From Patellaria atrata CBS 101060 (taxonomy: Eukaryota), in assembly GCA_010093705.1 (NCBI GenBank), contig MU006092.1:440623-504622 (forward strand): a DNA stretch of 64,000 nt, written 5' to 3'. Positions 58,658 to 64,000 of this stretch are shown here, in pieces (position 1 is the stretch's first letter; each line of letters opens with the position of its first letter). The notes under the pieces are model-generated. The model did not search any database, had not been told where the DNA came from, and saw only the letters and a program-made list of their open reading frames with translations. The position numbers and the translations under genes are program-made.

Positions 58658-61600
58658 TCATAGCTCATCGTCATCAAGTTCCGACGGCTTTAGTAGACCG
58701 CCCACTTTCATGGCCCGTTGCCTTTCTGCTTCTTTCGCCTGGGTAGCGGCTTGCTCGCGGTCTTCTGCGAAGAGCTCCGCATTGTCGCTGTCACCCGAGA
58801 ACTCCTTTAGAGAAATTAAGAAATCTCGCAGAATGAGTTTGAATTTGTTGCCATCTCCGTGGTACTCGAACAAACTTTCGATGAAATTGTTGATTTGATT
58901 CCTGTTCAAACGGTTAGTCATTGTGCACACATCATCATCATCATCATCATCAACCACCTTGTACTTACCCCTGGAGATTGGGAAATGCGTTTGCCAGGAG
59001 ACTGCCAACAAAATTCTTCAGGTAATCTCGGTTTGAAGTCCCCATCGGAGCCTGATCAGGACTGTATACTGGTGCCGTGAGCTTGCCTGATTCCACTAGA
59101 GCGAACATGTTTGTCAAAAGTAATGACTGGTGCTTAAAACCAGCCTTGTGGTCACTATCAGTGAGAACGAAGAATACGTCCTGGAGGATAGTCGTAAAGA
59201 AGTTCTGGAAGAATGCATTGCAGGTCGCCGGATCCGTCTCAGCCATGTTGCTCATCAATTCAATGCACATGTTCAGACCAGCACTTTCAACCTCTCGGTT
59301 ATCGTGTTTGCTTGCCCACATGCAAGAGTCGATGACGAACTTGAAGTTACGGCTATCAAGTCGAAGAAGAGCCGGGAAACATCTAAGATTGATTGTTCTT
59401 AGGAGCTTGAAGAATTCAACCCGATGTTCCGGATATTCGGAGAAATCTTTGTTGATCATGTCCAACGTGCATTCGAACACATTCTCCATGATTACGGGTA
59501 TCTGGTCTTCCATCATGCCCTATAAAAGTTAGTGTCTGAGTGATAAATTGCAGTAGAGCAGAGCACCATGTGTTTGCTAAGATTAGGTCTCCAACGTACA
59601 TGTAGCTTGTTAATGATGGTAGTCATAACATTAAGAACCTCTGCTTCACGAGCATCGGGTACATTGCGCTTGTAATCGAGAAGGACAGTTTCGAGAAGCT
59701 GAGGAACAATTGCGGTATGGACCATTTCGAGATCGTCGGCTTTCTCGACGTAGATGTTGATCAGCTTCAATATTTCCTTCTTTATAGTGCGAAGACCGCG
59801 AACTCTTGGCATTTTCGTTGCAATGTTCCCTACTTCTATTAGCATGATGTTGTTCGAATCAGATTCCTGTCCACCAACCTTCGCGCTGCACAGCTTGGTC
59901 AATCAGGCCGCTGCTAGCACGATACATGGTCAACATATCCACGTATATACGCCCAATCTGTGGATAAAAATAGTTTCCAATAGAGCTACAAGCTGCCACA
60001 TTAGTTTTCATAATATTTCCAATGACCTTGATAGTATCTGAATCTTCAAGGATGGTGGGATTCTGATTTGCCGATTGGATGATTTGATCCCACTAGGACA
60101 TATTAGTCAATAAATACACCATCAGATTGGTAGATGACTTACAGCTTGATTTGGCAATGACATGAGTTCATGAATTAACCTCTCCTGTATGCCTTTCTGT
60201 CCCTGTGCACTGATCATATACCCGCATGCTTCGTAAAAGGTATGAACCTGCTGAGGCTGAAGGTCAACGGTAATTTTGCGCAGATTGCGGACGATCTCAT
60301 CAATGAATGGCTCGCTCTCTCCTGGTTGTAACGCAACGAAATGTCGTTTGCACTTGTTGGCAATCTTGATGAATGTATCGCATGCCATATCCTGCACTCC
60401 TGCGACAGAATGAGCAAAACCCACTGAACTGTATTGCGTGATAACTTACCTTCGTGGGTTTCGTGCATGAATTCGAAAAGTTTATTAACGACCGTCTTTA
60501 AGAACTTCCAATGGGCCTTCAAGAACCGGGGATATTGACCAACAATGTACATAATATTGCTGGCAACCACCGCCTTGTTGTCTTTTCCTCGCTTCATTTC
60601 TGTCAGGCCTAGAAGATCCTTGATGACTGTTACCAAAAATCTCTTTTCAGTGTCCTCGTTCATCGCGCCAGAGATTGAACCAATAGCCCAGCAGAGGGTA
60701 TTGCAATTCGCCCAAGACCACTCCGAACCGTCAACTTGCCTTGCAAGCTTCTCGGACATGATCTGTTCCGTATCGTTGACGTCGAGATGAGTGAGGAACA
60801 CTAAACACTCTCGAGTAGATTTGTAAAGCTGGATGGTATCGCTCTCCTTCACAAACTCGCGGACAATTTCGCCTTCATCATTCTCTACGATGAGAACTTC
60901 CTCCGGTCGAACCATCTTCTCGATCATCACCTGACGCAAGTTTGACAATACTTCTTGGTATTTGTGCTTCCGTAACGGGTAATTTGCGAGTACACTTGGA
61001 TCCCGAGCGCCACCGTTCGCGAGACCACCAGATATCCCCATATTCAAGTTGAGAAGAGGATTTAGATCAGTGATGGGTAGTGACTGCATCTCATCAAACA
61101 GCTCGGACACTAGCTTCGTCCAATACTCTAAGCAGATCTTGAATACTTCACGATCATCAATCTGACTGATTCGAATTAAGTAGAAGTGGCCATGAGTAAG
61201 GAAATCACGATTCGGAAGATTTTCGATGACCTATAATACCCGTCAACACTTGATAAAGCTTGTCAAAGGTAAACACTTACGCCAAGATGCATGGAAAAGA
61301 AAGTACAGAGGAAGAGCGCAAGGTTTTGTACAAACTCTTGATCCCTGCTGTTACTGGAAGCATACGTGGTCTTCAGATCGAGTGAAAGGGGTATAATCTT
61401 TGAAATTGCTGTCAATGTTTCGGTGAACATCTGCACAAGCTTCTCGTGGTAAGCGGGTTCAACGTGTAAGCTTGCAATTTCCGTCAAACATTTTAGAGTG
61501 ATATTGCGAAAATCAGGCACTTCTAGAAATCTACTTCGGAGGGTCTCAATCAAACTAACGCCTCCAGGAGGTGTCTCGAAGATGTAGCCAACAGGTATCC

Positions 61601-62473
61601 AATTGAGAAACTTCAGAAGCGTCTCCAGTGTTGCCTTGATTAGGCTGGCCTGGGTCGCCGTGGTCAAAACTTCGGAACATAGCTTATAGATCGAAGTGAA
61701 TTCGTCACACATGCTCTTCTTAAGCTCCTTCGTCTTCGCGGATGTCATCTGATCCTGAGAGAAGTCGAATACCTCCTCTGACAATAATCTTAATATGGCC
61801 ATGTTGTTCTCACAGATCGGAAGGCTGCTATGACATGACGAGATGATCTCATTTATGAAAGTTGGCCAGTGATGTGGCCACTCTTGTTTCAGTATAGAAA
61901 CTAGGACTAGATTGAGTTTGTTCAGAAGGGCTCGGTGTGCTCGCAGGTTCTCTTCAGAGTTCGAGCTCTGGATGATGAAGTTTACTACGAAGTTGCGAAT
62001 GCCTATTTCAAGTTAACTAAGCCCCAATGTATTTCATACCTCACATACCTTGACATTGGTCTCGAGGTAGTACCTTCCAGCGAGTGTTGATGACATGGTC
62101 CAGGACCTGCAGGCCGAGGTCTATGAATCGTTAGTATAATCCGATTTGATGCTTTTTGCAGCGTGTTGGTACACACATTTCGTCTCCTCAATCTGAGAGT
62201 CCTGTAGAATCTTGTCAACCATAAGCCAGGCATCTGGGTTCTCTTTGAACTATCGTCTACGTTAGTCGGGCGTCTGGTTGTTGCGATGCTATGAAAATAG
62301 GGCGGCTGGAAGTACCTGGTTTAGCGTTGCCTGAGCTTGCTTTTGCTGGAAGAGAAATGAAGTTAGTTACTGTCCTAGGGAAATGATCTTGCTCTCTCGA
62401 TACTTACTGTATCACCTCTCGCTCCATAGAAAGCGCGGACTGTGGCGTCCAGCTCTTCGATTGTAAGAGACAT
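58658..62473 (-). CDS. CRM1: Exportin-1 (Crm1/Xpo1), ~11 exons
   Basis: [88 protein letters not shown]-terminal [10 protein letters not shown]; ten GT-AG introns traced. Confidence 0.97.
58930..58952. repeat. (CAT/GAT)n microsatellite inside the last coding intron of CRM1
   Basis: About 7.7 CAT units between the GTAAGT donor and CTAAC branch site on the minus strand. Confidence 0.9.
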
Positions 62474-63774
62474 CCTGGAGGGATGGACCTTCAAGTAAGC
62501 TTGTTCCCCAATCGAAAATAGTGAGCGGGCGCGTTCTAATAAAAATTATGCTTTATGCCGCGTAGTAAGAGAGATAGAAGTCCGAAGTTTGCAAGCGTTG
62601 AACTGAGAATTAATTTGATGGTGGTTAACAGAGCGCGAGGTGGATTAGGTTGATAGTGGGGCACGCGAAGGCTTGGTAAGGCAACTGAATGTAGACCTGA
62701 GTTAGGTGTCGATCGAAGAGCCGCACGCCCAAGATACAGGTAATCGCCGAGGGAGAAAACAAGTAGCGAACAGAAGTTCTTTACCGAACACAAGAGAAAG
62801 ACGTGTGAGAAGCTTCGGTGGTGAAGAAACTGACGATACGGCTTGGTTTAGCCGTGTGACGCTTGAGTTTCCCGGCGGGTGGCTGGTAAACCGTTTTTTG
62901 CCTACCTGGAAGTAAAGCCAAGTGGAGGGTCTACGTGGTAAATATTGCCTTGATCCTTTCAGAGAGTTCCTTCGATTGATTAGGCAACACTGTGTTGTTT
63001 TACTACGATATGTCTATCATAAGATTGTTGTTAGACAAATCATTCCCGACGCAATCTGCACTGTGCCGGAACCTTTGGACGCCGCCCTTCCGAATTAGGT
63101 TTGCCGAAGCTTCCCGAAGATCTCACATCCTGATCGGGCCGCAGAGAAGACTGCAAGGCAGAGCATATCCCTTTCCTTGTCACGATGAGTAATTGCACTT
63201 TTATCATACTCCTTACAGATAATACACCATATCAACTGGGCTGTCTTCACTAGGTGGGATCCTAGCTAGTTACAGCACAGCAATAGAGCTCTCTATTTTA
63301 AGCGTATTTATAGTATGGCAAGAGACAATAAGAATACATTCTTGTTAGCATCATGTAACGAGAATATCACTACCTGACCACAATATTTCCAATAATATTG
63401 TAACAATTTTGAATTGGTTGAAGATGTATCAGGACCCATAACACTAGCGACTTATTTCCATGGTTGCATTATCAGTGTAGGGATAAGGGTCATGTACCAC
63501 TCTCAATCCATTGGGGTCAAATATAACCGTCACTCTTGCTGAAAAGTACGAACGCTGTTTGTTTTCTTCAGCTCGATTTCAATATCATATCTACCCTCTT
63601 TCAAGGGTGGCTTATTGCGTATATTTTACCAATCTCTAACTATCTATAGCAAATCAGCATATTTTCCTCCCTTTAGTTATGGAGAAGAATAACGCCCATA
63701 CTCCGATAGGGATAGCACAAGCTGGAAACCAATCCAATACTCAACTTGGTGAACCAAATGTCAGTTCTAGGACG

Positions 63775-64000
63775 TTATACACCAGAGATGAGTATCACCT
63801 CGCAACATTGGGCTACAGACAAGGTAGAATGTAAAATCCTTAATACAATGAGTTTGAATTGATCTTCCATCCTAGTTTTCTTTCGGAAGCTTGGCCTTTT
63901 CGAGAATTGGGCGGCAACCTTTGCTGTATGCATCCGTTCAATCCGTGATATTTCCATACTGATACCGCCAAGGGCATGAACTTTGTCTCTGGAATCCCCG
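63775..64000 (-). other. Possible fragment of a gene entering from the right edge (HET-associated-like motif)
   Basis: The minus-strand frame reads GDSRDKVHALGGISM..., resembling the D-x-RDKV-x-AL-x-G motif downstream of HET domains; the remaining sequence is not recognisable. Confidence 0.2.

Overview
Eukaryotic DNA from a filamentous ascomycete (Pezizomycotina; lineage inferred from short GT-AG introns with CTRAY branch sites and from gene content). The ORF track breaks most genes at introns, so I rebuilt spliced models by hand. Conserved housekeeping blocks (Alba-like, AHC1, TAF13, ARD1/NAA10; ANP1/VAN1; MVD1, CYT2-type heme lyase, NUC-2/PHO81, CRM1) alternate with accessory stretches. These hold a CBM1 secreted protein, a decayed NACHT (NLR-type) gene, an orphan gene, a kinase, an enoyl-CoA isomerase, a HET-domain gene, a small secreted 6-Cys peptide precursor, transporter pseudogenes and possible LTR remnants. 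I could not support any rRNA, tRNA or CRISPR, and I cannot demonstrate one clear-cut new multi-gene system. The strongest leads are: (i) a Kex2-processed 6-Cys peptide that may mature into a two-chain disulfide-linked product; (ii) a TAF13 with a spliced ~227-aa Pro/Tyr-rich N-terminal extension; (iii) several splice-level switches (a stop-removing terminal intron in NUC-2, a 3'-UTR intron in CRM1, a U1-mimicking hairpin over the NAA10 donor, a PTS1 on a 3' mini-exon, a stopless 3n intron in the CBM1 gene); and (iv) dense GTAC clusters in intergenic DNA. All family assignments rest on motif recognition, not database searches.
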